DNA of 64,000 bases from the IMG/VR virus record IMGVR_UViG_3300049020_000031, positions 77,501 to 141,500 of that record; one strand, written 5' to 3'. Position numbers and translations under genes: made by a program. The notes beneath the pieces were generated by a model. The model did not search any database and was not told where the DNA came from. It was given only the letters and a program-made list of their open reading frames with translations. The stretch is from a virus. Of this stretch, positions 10,449 through 20,313 are shown piece after piece (the first letter of the stretch is position 1; each line of letters starts with the position of its first letter).

Positions 10449-10879
10449 AGGTCACCGTCAATGAAGGCCACGAACAAGCAATAGAGCAAGCTCAGAAGAC
10501 TCTAGCCATCAATATGGCCAATGGGCATCATCCCTTTCAAATGTTGGAACAATTCAATATCAAGAATAGAGGACGAGCGTCAGTCTATGCATATCAGTTC
10601 CTAATCGCAACCGTAAGGATTCATATGCTGCAAAATCAAAGAGATTACGACGCATGTCAACTTGATATATTGGAGAATGCCAAACCCATGTGGGATTTCG
10701 CGGAGGCGAATCTCTCTGGGAGGTTCTTCATAACCATGGATATCGAACGGAAACTAAGTAGCTTTGGCTATAACTTGGGTCTCACTTTGAGGTTGGAAAA
10801 CCAGGATGACGCTGATCAAATTGGAGTCATGATGAAACTTGGTGGCGTGAGTGACAGAATCGATCTTAAATACCAGTAA
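10445..10879 (+). CDS. Hypothetical protein (C-terminal motif family)
   Basis: LRLENQDDAD..MMKLGG. Confidence 0.6.
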   Translation: MKVTVNEGHEQAIEQAQKTLAINMANGHHPFQMLEQFNIKNRGRASVYAYQFLIATVRIHMLQNQRDYDACQLDILENAKPMWDFAEANLSGRFFITMDIERKLSSFGYNLGLTLRLENQDDADQIGVMMKLGGVSDRIDLKYQ

Positions 10880-10931
10880 TTGATAGACCACATCAATCAA
10901 CTATAATGAACCATTCAACAACAATAAGAAA

Positions 10932-12293
10932 ATGGCAAAATCAAAAAAGCAACCACTAACCAGTGACTATATCAAGGATTCGTCCAGAGAGTACAGCATT
11001 TATGTCTGCGAAAACCGGGCGATCCCCAAAGTAGCAGATGGCATGAAAGATGGTCCACGTAAAGCAATGTGGCTCATGAAATCTCGAGCAGACAAGATCA
11101 AGACTGTATCACTTGCGGGTGAAATGATTTCCAGCGGCTTGTATCTGCACGGTGATCAATCTGCTGGTGACAGCATCTCCATGTTGGCAGCACCATATGT
11201 TAACAACGTTCCTCTTCTAGAGGGTATCGGTTCTTTTGGAACTCGAGTTGCACCTGTGGAAGGTATTGGTGCCCCGCGTTACACATACGTGAAAAAGGGC
11301 AGAGCGGCGGAACTTCTGTTGTTCCAAGATCTCGATATCGTACCACTCAAGGATAATTATGACGGATCAAACAAGGAACCAATTCACTTCCTGCCACTGG
11401 TTCCATTGGTTCTCCTGAATGGTATCTCGGGAATCGCAGTTGGTTGGTCTACTTCTATTCTCCCCAGAAACCTGAAGAAGATCATCACTGCTACTCAGCA
11501 AGTTCTTGCTGGCGAAGAGCCGAAGGGTTTGGAGCCATCATTCGATTACCTGAACGTCAAGGTAAAGAAGCTCGAGGAAAATAGTTGGGAATTCCGTGGT
11601 AGATGCGAAATCCTGGACACCAGTACGGTAAAGATTACCGAATTGCCACCAGGAACCAATTTGCAATCTATGAAGAAGAGATTGAACAAGATGGAAGAAG
11701 ATGGCTTGATTCAAACTTACACGGATCGAAGCACTGACACCATCGCCATCACGGTGAAATTCAAGCGCGGTGAAGTCTCGGGATGGACAGAAGACAAAGC
11801 GATTGATTTTTTCAAGTTGAAGGAAAAGTCAAACGAGCGTATCGTAGTTGTTGACTGGAACAGTTCAAGCATTCGTCAATACGGTAGCCCGGAAGAAGTC
11901 GTAAAGGACTTCGTTCAATGGCGTCTGGGTTGGTATACTCTTCGCTTCCAAAAGAAGCTCGACGATGACAGCTATGAACTCAAGTATTGGCAAGGTATCA
12001 AGGCTTGCTTTGATGACAAGCTTCCAGAGCGCTTGGGTAAGAAGGCAGACAAGGCTGATGTGGAGTCCGAAGTAGCTAACATCACGTCAGCCGTGGGGCT
12101 GGATCAAAGCCAAATCGACAAGATTGTCAGCTTGCCAACATACCGTTGGGCAAAGGACTTTCTTGCTACTGTGAAAGAAAACATCGCCAGATTGCAAGCC
12201 AATATCAAGGATCACAAAGCAATGTTGAAGAGCCCTAGTGCAATCAAGGACGTCTACATGACAGAGTTGGAAGAGTTGAAGAAGCTCAAGTGA
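10932..12293 (+). CDS. DNA topoisomerase II medium subunit (T4 gp52 / GyrA-ParC-like)
   Basis: RAIP.VADGMK..PRK, YLHGDQS, GAPRYT (catalytic Tyr), NGISGIAVGWST, ITELP. Confidence 0.95.
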   Translation: MAKSKKQPLTSDYIKDSSREYSIYVCENRAIPKVADGMKDGPRKAMWLMKSRADKIKTVSLAGEMISSGLYLHGDQSAGDSISMLAAPYVNNVPLLEGIGSFGTRVAPVEGIGAPRYTYVKKGRAAELLLFQDLDIVPLKDNYDGSNKEPIHFLPLVPLVLLNGISGIAVGWSTSILPRNLKKIITATQQVLAGEEPKGLEPSFDYLNVKVKKLEENSWEFRGRCEILDTSTVKITELPPGTNLQSMKKRLNKMEEDGLIQTYTDRSTDTIAITVKFKRGEVSGWTEDKAIDFFKLKEKSNERIVVVDWNSSSIRQYGSPEEVVKDFVQWRLGWYTLRFQKKLDDDSYELKYWQGIKACFDDKLPERLGKKADKADVESEVANITSAVGLDQSQIDKIVSLPTYRWAKDFLATVKENIARLQANIKDHKAMLKSPSAIKDVYMTELEELKKLK

Positions 12294-12371
12294 ATTTAAA
12301 TTCACCCTCTAGATGTTAAAATGAAAGCAGGTGAATTCACCTGCTTTCATTATTTTCTAAAGGATTTCCAT

Positions 12372-12578
12372 ATGAGCAAATATGTTCAAGGAGTTATTTT
12401 CAGTTTCGATACTGAAGAAAAGCTGGCCCACTTTAAATCCGGGGATGAAGTTTTCGTTGTAGGGCCATTCAGTAATTTCGCAGAAGGATCATCTTTTAAG
12501 AAACTTCAAGTCGGTTCCAATATCAAAGCCGAAATTACTAGAGCTCCTACGAAATTAGTGAGTATTGAAATCACATAG
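12372..12578 (+). CDS. Small degenerate cold-shock/OB-fold-like protein
   Basis: QGVIFSFD..K...GDEVFV....F...SFKKLQVG..IKAEI resembles the CSD layout; AAGGA SD. Confidence 0.4.
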   Translation: MSKYVQGVIFSFDTEEKLAHFKSGDEVFVVGPFSNFAEGSSFKKLQVGSNIKAEITRAPTKLVSIEIT

Positions 12579-12606
12579 GAAAAGGGGAGCAACAGCTCCC
12601 CTTTTC
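12579..12606. terminator. Bidirectional GGGGAGC hairpin terminator
   Basis: gaaaaggggagcaacagctccccttttc between convergent genes. Confidence 0.8.
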
Positions 12607-12829
12607 ACCAAATCTTTGCAACGTCACCGTGTTGGAACACTTGCACGGTCGTTCCACGATCCACGAAATAACGCCAGTTGGATTCCGATTCCGCGGCTTC
12701 TAGGTTGCGATCCCACACTGCCTTGGCGACAACATCATACATGTCCAATGGGGCTACGGCAATTACTTCTGCTTGATCAATGTGTTGACCAGCTTGCCTG
12801 CGGAAGACCTTAACTGAAGCATTGAACAT
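12605..12829 (-). CDS. Hypothetical protein
   Basis: AAGGA SD before MFNASVK. Confidence 0.6.
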   Translation of the reverse strand: MFNASVKVFRRQAGQHIDQAEVIAVAPLDMYDVVAKAVWDRNLEAAESESNWRYFVDRGTTVQVFQHGDVAKIW

Positions 12830-12891
12830 TAGTGTTTCCTTGTTAATGTGTGCATCAAGTATAACACAAGATTCATCTGTGGATGAACTTT

Positions 12892-13137
12892 TCAATCCGT
12901 CAGCAGAAATTCTTTTATATTATTTTCAGCCATATAAGCAAGAAACACTTCGCACACTTCTGGGCTCCAACCATAAGCTGAATCTGGTCGTTCGCATGAA
13001 CCGCGATCAACCTCAACATGGTGACTTTCGTAGAACGGAATGATGCGATCTTTTTGCAGTTTGTCGATGAATGAGTTGTAATCACCACCGCGCGATGCTG
13101 CAAAGACTGCAATCGAGCTATATGAAATGTGCGTCAT
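12892..13137 (-). CDS. Hypothetical protein
   Basis: 81 aa ORF. Confidence 0.55.
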   Translation of the reverse strand: MTHISYSSIAVFAASRGGDYNSFIDKLQKDRIIPFYESHHVEVDRGSCERPDSAYGWSPEVCEVFLAYMAENNIKEFLLTD

Positions 13138-13211
13138 GAAATGAATGAATCTAGTTGTAGGTCATGCCATTCTAACGCCTTGTTGTAAATACTGTACGGG
13201 GAGGACATGCC

Positions 13212-13523
13212 GTGCATAATTTCTTCATAGCTCGATTTGGTATCGTGATTAGACAAGACATCGATTACATGTTCTATCAGGAATTGGTTGATGATCCACC
13301 CAAAGCACTGATGAAAGAGATGGAACCAGATGTCTATTCATGGCTTCTGGAGACGCAACCATCCACACAATTTGGAGTATCTGCCATACTCCTTGATCCC
13401 TACAGCATACTGACGCTGTCCTTTAGTGACGAAACAGATCTCGCGATGTACAGATTAACATTCGCCGACGTGTTTGTGAATCCTAGCAGAATCCCCAAGA
13501 ACATAATTGATCGGTACTTCTAA
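13212..13523 (+). CDS. Hypothetical protein (C-terminal motif family)
   Basis: LSFSDETDLAMYRLTF; GGAGG SD. Confidence 0.65.
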   Translation: MHNFFIARFGIVIRQDIDYMFYQELVDDPPKALMKEMEPDVYSWLLETQPSTQFGVSAILLDPYSILTLSFSDETDLAMYRLTFADVFVNPSRIPKNIIDRYF

Positions 13524-13553
13524 TTCACCTAGAGTTCATGCTAGAATGAACTT

Positions 13554-13949
13554 ATGGCAACCACACGACTTTTAATTGATGACGCTCTGATAGTCGTCAT
13601 CTTCCCGGAAACCCCGGCGTTTAATCAATGGATGATGCCCAATTACCAAAGCCTAGTACGAACTTGGACGTATGGAATTGAGGGCAAACCGTGGGTTAAT
13701 GAACAAGGGTATCGGAACCCAGTCACCATATTGGTGAATTGGGCTGATGGGGCGGATCGTTTGAATCTTCATGTTGCCAGCTATCCATATGGAGATACCA
13801 AGAACTTCGTTCATTCTAGTGAATTTGAATTTTTGAAATCCTCTTTTGACGGTGTGACAATGCGTGGGCGTGATCATGTGATCTTCAATGATCCCCAGGA
13901 TGTAATTATGTTCCGTCTTCGATACGGCGATTCCATTAAGGCAATATGA
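13554..13949 (+). CDS. Hypothetical protein (C-terminal motif family)
   Basis: VIFNDPQDVIMFRLRYG. Confidence 0.65.
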   Translation: MATTRLLIDDALIVVIFPETPAFNQWMMPNYQSLVRTWTYGIEGKPWVNEQGYRNPVTILVNWADGADRLNLHVASYPYGDTKNFVHSSEFEFLKSSFDGVTMRGRDHVIFNDPQDVIMFRLRYGDSIKAI

Positions 13950-14188
13950 AGAACGAAATCTTAGTGAGTTTGATTCATCCATCGGTGGCGGTAGCGGTAG
14001 CACCAAACCCTGACCCAACTCCGAACTCACTAGTGGTTCTGGTTGCCAATCCAACCTCGGCGTTTACCAAATGGGCTTCTGAAAGAAGCATCACCAGATA
14101 TAAATTCAAGATGGCCAATTGGCAAGAAGTCTCGATAGAATTCCTTGATGTCGAAGATCTAATTCAATTCAAGTTATTTTGGTCGTGA
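13946..14188 (+). CDS. Hypothetical protein (C-terminal motif family)
   Basis: IEFLDVEDLIQFKLFWS; ATGA overlap. Confidence 0.65.
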   Translation: MKNEILVSLIHPSVAVAVAPNPDPTPNSLVVLVANPTSAFTKWASERSITRYKFKMANWQEVSIEFLDVEDLIQFKLFWS

Positions 14189-14218
14189 AAAAAGGGGAGC
14201 AACAGCTCCCCTTTTTTC
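14187..14218. terminator. Bidirectional GGGGAGC hairpin terminator
   Basis: gaaaaaaggggagcaacagctccccttttttc. Confidence 0.8.
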
Positions 14219-14235
14219 ATCTGTCTACCTACCAA

Positions 14236-14538
14236 TTACGCGGGGGCCACAGTGGACCAGTACACCACACCAGCGTAGTTGTCACTGGCAATACGGATGT
14301 AGATATCCTTGTTCAACACGTCCTTGGTGTAGCGGCGAATGCGGCCGCCCAGATCGATGTTTTGTGCAGACGTGAGTCGCACTTGCTGCAGAGGAGCCCC
14401 GAAATCCACCACAACCACGGCGGTTGGATGCTCGCGTCCGTTAACATGAATGGTTGCCTTATTGGGCAGATTCAGGGAGTCCAGAAAGTCTTCCAGATCA
14501 ATACGGGATGCGGGCACGTTTGTGTTGGTCTTTGCCAT
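14236..14538 (-). CDS. Hypothetical protein
   Basis: Likely start MAKTNT; the upstream part of the track ORF looks non-coding. Confidence 0.6.
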   Translation of the reverse strand: MAKTNTNVPASRIDLEDFLDSLNLPNKATIHVNGREHPTAVVVVDFGAPLQQVRLTSAQNIDLGGRIRRYTKDVLNKDIYIRIASDNYAGVVYWSTVAPA

Positions 14539-14722
14539 TTTATTTTCTTTTTCTAACCACCGTCTTAATGAATCCGGGGATAACAAAGACGGGAATGTTA
14601 TCACTGGAGTAAGCAAGCTATCTTGCCACACCGCTATGATACATAATGGCAACAGGTAGGCAATAACTTTGTGGAAATATTTCACGCATTGACGATAATT
14701 TTCTTTTTCATATAATGAACCT

Positions 14723-15283
14723 ATGGAATACACATGGAAGAAACGAACTCTAATCGCTATTCGTTCATTACTGGATGAAGACGACATGACTCGTGCCAAT
14801 GTGGTGAAGCGGGCTCTTTATTTCAACAAGTACAGGATTGCCGTACACCTATCAGCAACGCCTCAATCATGGCCGGACTTCTCAGATATCGTCCGTGATC
14901 TGGAACACGCCTTGGTGGGGCTGGATTGCAAGCTGGTGAGTGTTTTACCAGCAATGTATACCAACCTCTACTGTAGTGATCCCAAGATATTGGATGAAAT
15001 TACCAATATGGAGCACCTGTTGGATATTCACAGCATTGATGTCGTGAGACCTGAGTGTTGGGGTCTTTCACCCAAACCCAGGAACAAGGGAAAGTTCTAT
15101 CACCAATATGGTTACAGAATCAAGATAGATGGTATGGGTTGGGATCATCCATTCCGTGATCTGATGGTTGGTACCTGGTATCAACATGGTTCATTCCTCT
15201 ACTGTACGGATAGTCGAGATGTGGTTATGATTCGACTACTCTACGGCGGAAAGATTCAACAAATCACCGAGAGACAATTATGA
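14723..15283 (+). CDS. Hypothetical protein (C-terminal motif family)
   Basis: LYCTDSRDVVMIRLLYGG; start uncertain. Confidence 0.65.
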   Translation: MEYTWKKRTLIAIRSLLDEDDMTRANVVKRALYFNKYRIAVHLSATPQSWPDFSDIVRDLEHALVGLDCKLVSVLPAMYTNLYCSDPKILDEITNMEHLLDIHSIDVVRPECWGLSPKPRNKGKFYHQYGYRIKIDGMGWDHPFRDLMVGTWYQHGSFLYCTDSRDVVMIRLLYGGKIQQITERQL

Positions 15284-15549
15284 ATTGGGCTAAGGAATTC
15301 CCTCATGGTTGCTGCTTTCGGATTCCCGCAAGTTCTGATCCCGCTGAAGCATATCATTATGTGAATGACTTGTTGATTACTCGCTATGGCGAAACTGTCA
15401 ATGGTGATAACAATCCGGATTGCAGGTGGTTGATGACCGCTTCAAGTATTTCACTTGATTATATTGCACATTTGAGATTCAAGCATTTGGAAGATGCAAT
15501 TGACTTTAGGCTGACATGCCAATATAGCGTCGATAATCCGTATCAGTGA
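15280..15549 (+). CDS. Hypothetical protein (C-terminal motif family)
   Basis: LRFKHLEDAIDFRLT. Confidence 0.65.
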   Translation: MNWAKEFPHGCCFRIPASSDPAEAYHYVNDLLITRYGETVNGDNNPDCRWLMTASSISLDYIAHLRFKHLEDAIDFRLTCQYSVDNPYQ

Positions 15550-15555
15550 GATGGT

Positions 15556-15583
15556 GAAAAGGGGAGCAATTGCTCCCCTTTTC
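15556..15583. terminator. Bidirectional GGGGAGC hairpin terminator
   Basis: Perfect palindrome gaaaaggggagcaattgctccccttttc. Confidence 0.8.
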
Positions 15584-15594
15584 CTTTTCTCCAA

Positions 15595-15966
15595 TTACTT
15601 GCGAATTGATAGCTTGGCCATCAGATCAATGGAATCAACATCACGATATCCGGGAATATCGTCAATGTATCTGCCTGCCATCCACACTTTGATGGTCTTC
15701 AGATAATAGTCCCATTTGACATGACTGGTCTGTAGTTCCCTGGCACTCATCTGTTCTAAATCACTCAACAGTTCGTATTTCCGATTCCCCAGATTGGATT
15801 CATGGAAATATACGAATGCCGTACCCTTCGTAGTCATGAAACCATTAGAATCACGATGAGAAACATTGGTGACCTTCTGAACGTGGACCAACTTCCAGTC
15901 TTCTGGGTTCACCGTTATTTCGTGACCCAGAATCCAACTAGCGAGTCGCAGTCGGATTTTGTTCAT
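15595..15966 (-). CDS. Hypothetical protein
   Basis: Likely start MNKIRL directly after the BI-1 stop. Confidence 0.6.
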   Translation of the reverse strand: MNKIRLRLASWILGHEITVNPEDWKLVHVQKVTNVSHRDSNGFMTTKGTAFVYFHESNLGNRKYELLSDLEQMSARELQTSHVKWDYYLKTIKVWMAGRYIDDIPGYRDVDSIDLMAKLSIRK

Positions 15967-15967
15967 A

Positions 15968-16660
15968 TCAGTCTGTCTTTGGTGCCAGGCCAAAGAGGCG
16001 CAGGATGAACAGGAACAAGTTCAGGAAGTCTAGGTACAGAGACAGAGCACCCATGATGATGGCTTTGCGGTTGTCTTCTTCCATCCACAGAGTGTCCTTG
16101 ATATTTTGAACGTCATAGGCGGTCAGCGCCATGAACAAAAGAATACCCGCACAGCTGATTACAATTTCCAGGATGGTTGAACCAAGGAACATATTCAGAA
16201 TCATGACGCCCAGAAGGACAATCAGACCCACAAACAAAATGCTACCCCAAGAACTCAAGTCCTTCTTTGTAAGGTAGCCATAAGCTGCCATACCTAGGAA
16301 CAATGCACTGGCACTCAGGAAGCTCAGAACCAAGGCACTGGCTGAATACATGAGGACAATCACACTAAGGGAAAGTCCATTCAATACTGCAAATGCTAGG
16401 AACAACGCCATCAGGGATTGGCGACTGAGCTTCTGGTAGCCAAAGCTCATGATCAGAACCATCACCAGAGGTGCAAACAGAATCACCCACTTCAGTGCAG
16501 TACCGGTGAACACGGCCATGAAAGCAGTTGAGGATGCGGCAAACATGGCCGTGATAGCAGTCAAGGCCAACCCACCACCCATAATGGTGAATACCTTCAT
16601 CAACGCATCGTTCAACCATCCGGCAGGATTGGTATCACGATTCAAAACAGTAGATGTCAT
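15968..16660 (-). CDS. Bax inhibitor-1 / YccA family 7-TM protein
   Basis: YGYLTKKDLSSWG, TAYDVQNIK, ALSLYLDFLNLFLFILR. Confidence 0.92.
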   Translation of the reverse strand: MTSTVLNRDTNPAGWLNDALMKVFTIMGGGLALTAITAMFAASSTAFMAVFTGTALKWVILFAPLVMVLIMSFGYQKLSRQSLMALFLAFAVLNGLSLSVIVLMYSASALVLSFLSASALFLGMAAYGYLTKKDLSSWGSILFVGLIVLLGVMILNMFLGSTILEIVISCAGILLFMALTAYDVQNIKDTLWMEEDNRKAIIMGALSLYLDFLNLFLFILRLFGLAPKTD

Positions 16661-16707
16661 TAAAAATCTCCAAAGATTAAGAACTCAGATGGTAGCATGA
16701 CTATCAC

Positions 16708-17196
16708 CTAAAAAACAAAATGATATTTGAATCTGGAGTCTATGGTCACGGATATAGTGTTCAAAACACTAAAGACCAATCGTTGATTGTCAACTTTCCT
16801 TTCCGATTCTAGCTTCGCACATACTATTTGATAAGTTCGAGCGATTCTCATGAGAGAGACAGATGGCACCATTCTGATTCGTTCTGCATTTTTCAATGTG
16901 CCATCACTCAGATCGAACTGGCATACGTGAGTGTCGTCAAACATGTACTGATGTAGTTTGGTGAGTTCTTTAGTGAAGAACTTTATGTCTTGGTTGAACA
17001 GGTACGGGGTGTCACCAGCAATCTGTCGAAACCTAAGTGAGCACTCTATGGTATGAGTGGCAATACTTCCATCCCCTTTATGAAGATGGAAGGTATGGGT
17101 GGGTAGCTCAATGATTCTCTCAAAGGTGTTCCTTACTTGGAGTGGTCCAGATAAGATGCCAAGTATTGATGATGGTATGGTATCACTCATGGGCAT
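16708..17196 (-). CDS. Hypothetical protein
   Basis: 162 aa ORF. Confidence 0.55.
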   Translation of the reverse strand: MPMSDTIPSSILGILSGPLQVRNTFERIIELPTHTFHLHKGDGSIATHTIECSLRFRQIAGDTPYLFNQDIKFFTKELTKLHQYMFDDTHVCQFDLSDGTLKNAERIRMVPSVSLMRIARTYQIVCAKLESERKVDNQRLVFSVLNTISVTIDSRFKYHFVF

Positions 17197-17254
17197 TCAC
17201 GAAGCTACCAGCAACGTTCCACATATTCAATGAGATTGTCGCGTTCCACTCCAG

Positions 17255-17284
17255 GAATCTCCAGGTAGATTTTGAGGAACTTGA
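17255..17284. repeat. Dispersed 30-bp repeat, copy 1 (inverted relative to 24063-24092)
   Basis: gaatctccaggtagattttgaggaacttga is the exact reverse complement of 24063-24092. Confidence 0.85.
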
Positions 17285-17289
17285 TGTAA

Positions 17290-17754
17290 TCACAGATTGT
17301 TGATGAAGAACACCGTGAGATCTGGATGCTGATGCAGATAACCCACTCCACCAGATGAAGACCAGGAATCAATGTTCCTCTTGTGGTCATCAAACAGAAT
17401 ATCACCCTTACTTCTCATGTGTAGGGCTTTGTCTTTTGACAGGCAGGTGATGACATCAACATCTGTTCCGAAGTTGGTTGCCCACCATTCTCTCTTGGCT
17501 TTTTCCGCATCGTCATAACCACTAGATGGGCATCCAGTAAGAATGGACAATTCCCTACCTTCGAGAGCACGCCATATTTCCTCCGCTCCTTTGAGGATGG
17601 GAAGTTTGGCATAGAAGTCAGGATTTTTACGAATCAGACTCCAAGCCTTTGAAGCATTGGTGCTGTGAAATTCTAATCCGAATTGTTCCTTGAAACCACC
17701 CTCGAAGTCGGCCATCACACCATCGCTGTCTAGGAAAATCTTAGGTGCGTTCAT
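17290..17754 (-). CDS. HAD-family 5'(3')-deoxyribonucleotidase
   Basis: FLDSDGVMADF, ILTG, K..W, ILFDD...N motifs. Confidence 0.85.
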   Translation of the reverse strand: MNAPKIFLDSDGVMADFEGGFKEQFGLEFHSTNASKAWSLIRKNPDFYAKLPILKGAEEIWRALEGRELSILTGCPSSGYDDAEKAKREWWATNFGTDVDVITCLSKDKALHMRSKGDILFDDHKRNIDSWSSSGGVGYLHQHPDLTVFFINNL

Positions 17755-17948
17755 TTGATGATCTTGCCATCACTAGCCAGGGACATTCCTGCGATCGTCC
17801 CGACATATTGATCACGTTGCCACATCAGGGTGGCCTTCAGATCTGCCGCGGTGAAATAAATCACCAACATTTGATCCGTTTTACTAACCAGGTTGGCTTC
17901 GACGGGAGCTGTATTCTTTCCATCAATCGCCACTTTTACTTTTTCCAT
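17751..17948 (-). CDS. Hypothetical protein
   Basis: Translationally coupled on both sides. Confidence 0.6.
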   Translation of the reverse strand: MEKVKVAIDGKNTAPVEANLVSKTDQMLVIYFTAADLKATLMWQRDQYVGTIAGMSLASDGKIIK

Positions 17949-18892
17949 TATGGTTTCCTTAACTTTTTAAGATTCATACTCATGTAAGTGTGAATCACTG
18001 TTGCCGCTGCCAGTGCAGTTATTTCTGAGTGATCATAGGCTGGTGATACTTCTACCGCATCCATACCAACCCAATTTAGAGTCTCCAGTCCTCGTAGCAA
18101 TCGCAATACCCAAGCCGTGGATAAACCGCCAACTTCTGGGGTTCCTGTTCCTGGTGCGAAAGCTGGATCCAAACCATCCACATCAAAGGTGAAATACGTT
18201 GGCTTTTGATCCATTGCCAGAGATATCTGAAGGGCCAAAGCATCTGGATCCATGAACACGGCATCATGTCCATAGACTGTGGTGCCACCATGATCTTTCA
18301 GGAAAGTGTTTCCGCTGATTGAGGTCGGGGCTCTGACTCCAATACTGTACATCATATTGGGATCAACCAAACCTTCCTCGATGGCAAGTTTAGCCCAAGT
18401 ACCATGTCCGATTGCATCACCGAAATTAGATGGCGAACAATCACTATGGGCGTCAATGTGGACGATATTGATAGGGCCATGGATTTCATGTAACGCCCGC
18501 AATATCCCCAAGGTTACCGAGTGATCACCGCCCAAGCCTATGATATGTGGGCCGTAATAGAAGTCATGTGAATTACTCTTCCTTACCAGTGTACCCACCA
18601 CCTGCTGGATATGATCTGTGATCCTCTCCAGATTGTTGTTCTGAAGTGGAACATCGCCATGATCGACTATTTCATCCACTGGGTTTATCAAGTAGATGGG
18701 GTGAACTCCATCTGTTAGCATGGCAGAAGCTCTTCTGATAGCTTCTGGGCCGTGTCTGGCCCCACCCCTATTTGTAGTTCCACAATCAACGGGTAGACCC
18801 AACACATTAAACAACGCCCACCATCCCTTAGATTTGGTGTCTGCCTTCAAGAACGTCTTTACGCCATGAAAGGGCAAGGGTGTAGTATTCAT
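17948..18892 (-). CDS. speB: Agmatinase (ureohydrolase family)
   Basis: GARHGPEAIR, GGDHS, HIDAHSD, HGT, TFDVDGLDPAFAPGTGTPEVGG, VEVSPAYD. Confidence 0.92.
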   Translation of the reverse strand: MNTTPLPFHGVKTFLKADTKSKGWWALFNVLGLPVDCGTTNRGGARHGPEAIRRASAMLTDGVHPIYLINPVDEIVDHGDVPLQNNNLERITDHIQQVVGTLVRKSNSHDFYYGPHIIGLGGDHSVTLGILRALHEIHGPINIVHIDAHSDCSPSNFGDAIGHGTWAKLAIEEGLVDPNMMYSIGVRAPTSISGNTFLKDHGGTTVYGHDAVFMDPDALALQISLAMDQKPTYFTFDVDGLDPAFAPGTGTPEVGGLSTAWVLRLLRGLETLNWVGMDAVEVSPAYDHSEITALAAATVIHTYMSMNLKKLRKP

Positions 18893-18904
18893 ACAACTAT
18901 TTAC

Positions 18905-19231
18905 TCAGAGCATCAATTTAAATCTGACGGCGTCGTTCCCATCACGGAACCAAATAACGCCCGCCTCGTCACTTATCCATTCCCAGGATTCAAAGTTGTC
19001 TACCATTATTTCAAATAGTTGGATTCTATCGGAAACGTTGGTCATGTAATTCGACAACTCAATTGGGAATTCCCACCCGTGAGACTTGATATCCAAGGGG
19101 CTTGGTCGATACCCCTTTACTGCTTTGAATAGGTCGATCCAGGAGTCGTATTCCTTTTCCGGAGCCCCAAAGAATTTATGCGACAACGTACTCAGAAAAG
19201 CACAAAGCTGCGTGAAGCATGTCTTCATCAT
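18905..19231 (-). CDS. Hypothetical protein (C-terminal motif family)
   Basis: IWFRDGNDAVRFKLML. Confidence 0.6.
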   Translation of the reverse strand: MMKTCFTQLCAFLSTLSHKFFGAPEKEYDSWIDLFKAVKGYRPSPLDIKSHGWEFPIELSNYMTNVSDRIQLFEIMVDNFESWEWISDEAGVIWFRDGNDAVRFKLML

Positions 19232-19529
19232 TTTGAAAATAAACCCTCTCTTTATATCTCACGTACTGGGTAAATTCCAGATTAACCTGACACCATCTGA
19301 AGATGCCAAGATTCGACATGTAATCATCCTTCATCAAATATTTGTGGCCCAGATAATCCAAACAATCAATCATCATGGCTTCATAAAGCACATATTCTGA
19401 AGTTCTCCCGATGATTTTTCGGCTGGCTATTATCGAATCAATCAATTCATAGTCTGCACCCTTATCTTGAAACGACTTCTTGAAATCGTTCAATTTGCTT
19501 ATCATGAGTTTTGAAAGTTCTCTAGCCAT
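19176..19529 (-). CDS. Hypothetical protein (C-terminal motif family)
   Basis: WC..N...VYFQNDEDMLHAALCF. Confidence 0.6.
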   Translation of the reverse strand: MARELSKLMISKLNDFKKSFQDKGADYELIDSIIASRKIIGRTSEYVLYEAMMIDCLDYLGHKYLMKDDYMSNLGIFRWCQVNLEFTQYVRYKERVYFQNDEDMLHAALCFSEYVVA

Positions 19530-20313
19530 ATTTTAACTTCAATGATACCATGACACTGTCATCGGTAAGGTAAATTTTACCCCCAACCCAAACCATATCG
19601 TCTTCTGACATGATATTGTCAGTCAACCAGGCTTTCACTTCCAAGGGAGTAATCGTCTCTTTCAAGGATGAGAATGGAATAAGGGTTACATTCTTGAAAT
19701 GTTCAGTAACCATTGAGCGCTGATATTGCACGCTCACTAGAAATTCAGAGATCGACATTCCTTGTGTCACCACTAGTTCGTGACTGAGTGTACGAAATTG
19801 ATCTCTGACAGAACCTGGTTTAAATTGGGTCTGAGACTTATGACAGTTCGCAACGAATTCAAAGTCATCAAAGATCTTGAGTTCTGGTCCTTCTAAAGAC
19901 AACCACATGATGGGAGAACCTGGCGATGCCCGCATGTAGTCCCGACCGCCATCCACAAAAGCTGACTTGTCGTTACTTTCCGCATAGTCATGTCGGAAAG
20001 CGCTATAGATGACTTCTCCATTATTGGCCAGGACTCCTTGAATCAACAATCCTTCCATAGACGCACCAGAAGTCACATACGGGTTCGCGCCACCAAAGGA
20101 CACGGCAAGATAATGGCTGTAACCATTGGGTGGATTTTCCTGATAGAAGATATGATATGGCTCAGTAGTCCAATAGTCAGAACGATACAGGGCGTGAACA
20201 AATACAAACTTGGCATTGAATTTGTCCTCAACCTTCTTAATCATACGTCCATAATGTTCCACATCTACTGAGTCAGTGATCAAGTGTTCCTGTTTGCAGA
20301 TTTGAATTTTCAT
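19522..20313 (-). CDS. Hypothetical two-domain protein
   Basis: YS..RHDY...FVDGGRDY.R motif; C-terminal IYLTDDSVMVSLKLKYG. Confidence 0.65.
   Translation of the reverse strand: MKIQICKQEHLITDSVDVEHYGRMIKKVEDKFNAKFVFVHALYRSDYWTTEPYHIFYQENPPNGYSHYLAVSFGGANPYVTSGASMEGLLIQGVLANNGEVIYSAFRHDYAESNDKSAFVDGGRDYMRASPGSPIMWLSLEGPELKIFDDFEFVANCHKSQTQFKPGSVRDQFRTLSHELVVTQGMSISEFLVSVQYQRSMVTEHFKNVTLIPFSSLKETITPLEVKAWLTDNIMSEDDMVWVGGKIYLTDDSVMVSLKLKYG

Noticed and set aside
8284-12293. Bacterial gyrB/gyrA, or a T4 gene 60-type translational bypass
   Set aside because: The subunits are short and phage-type with no GyrA C-terminal domain, and the large subunit is one uninterrupted ORF.
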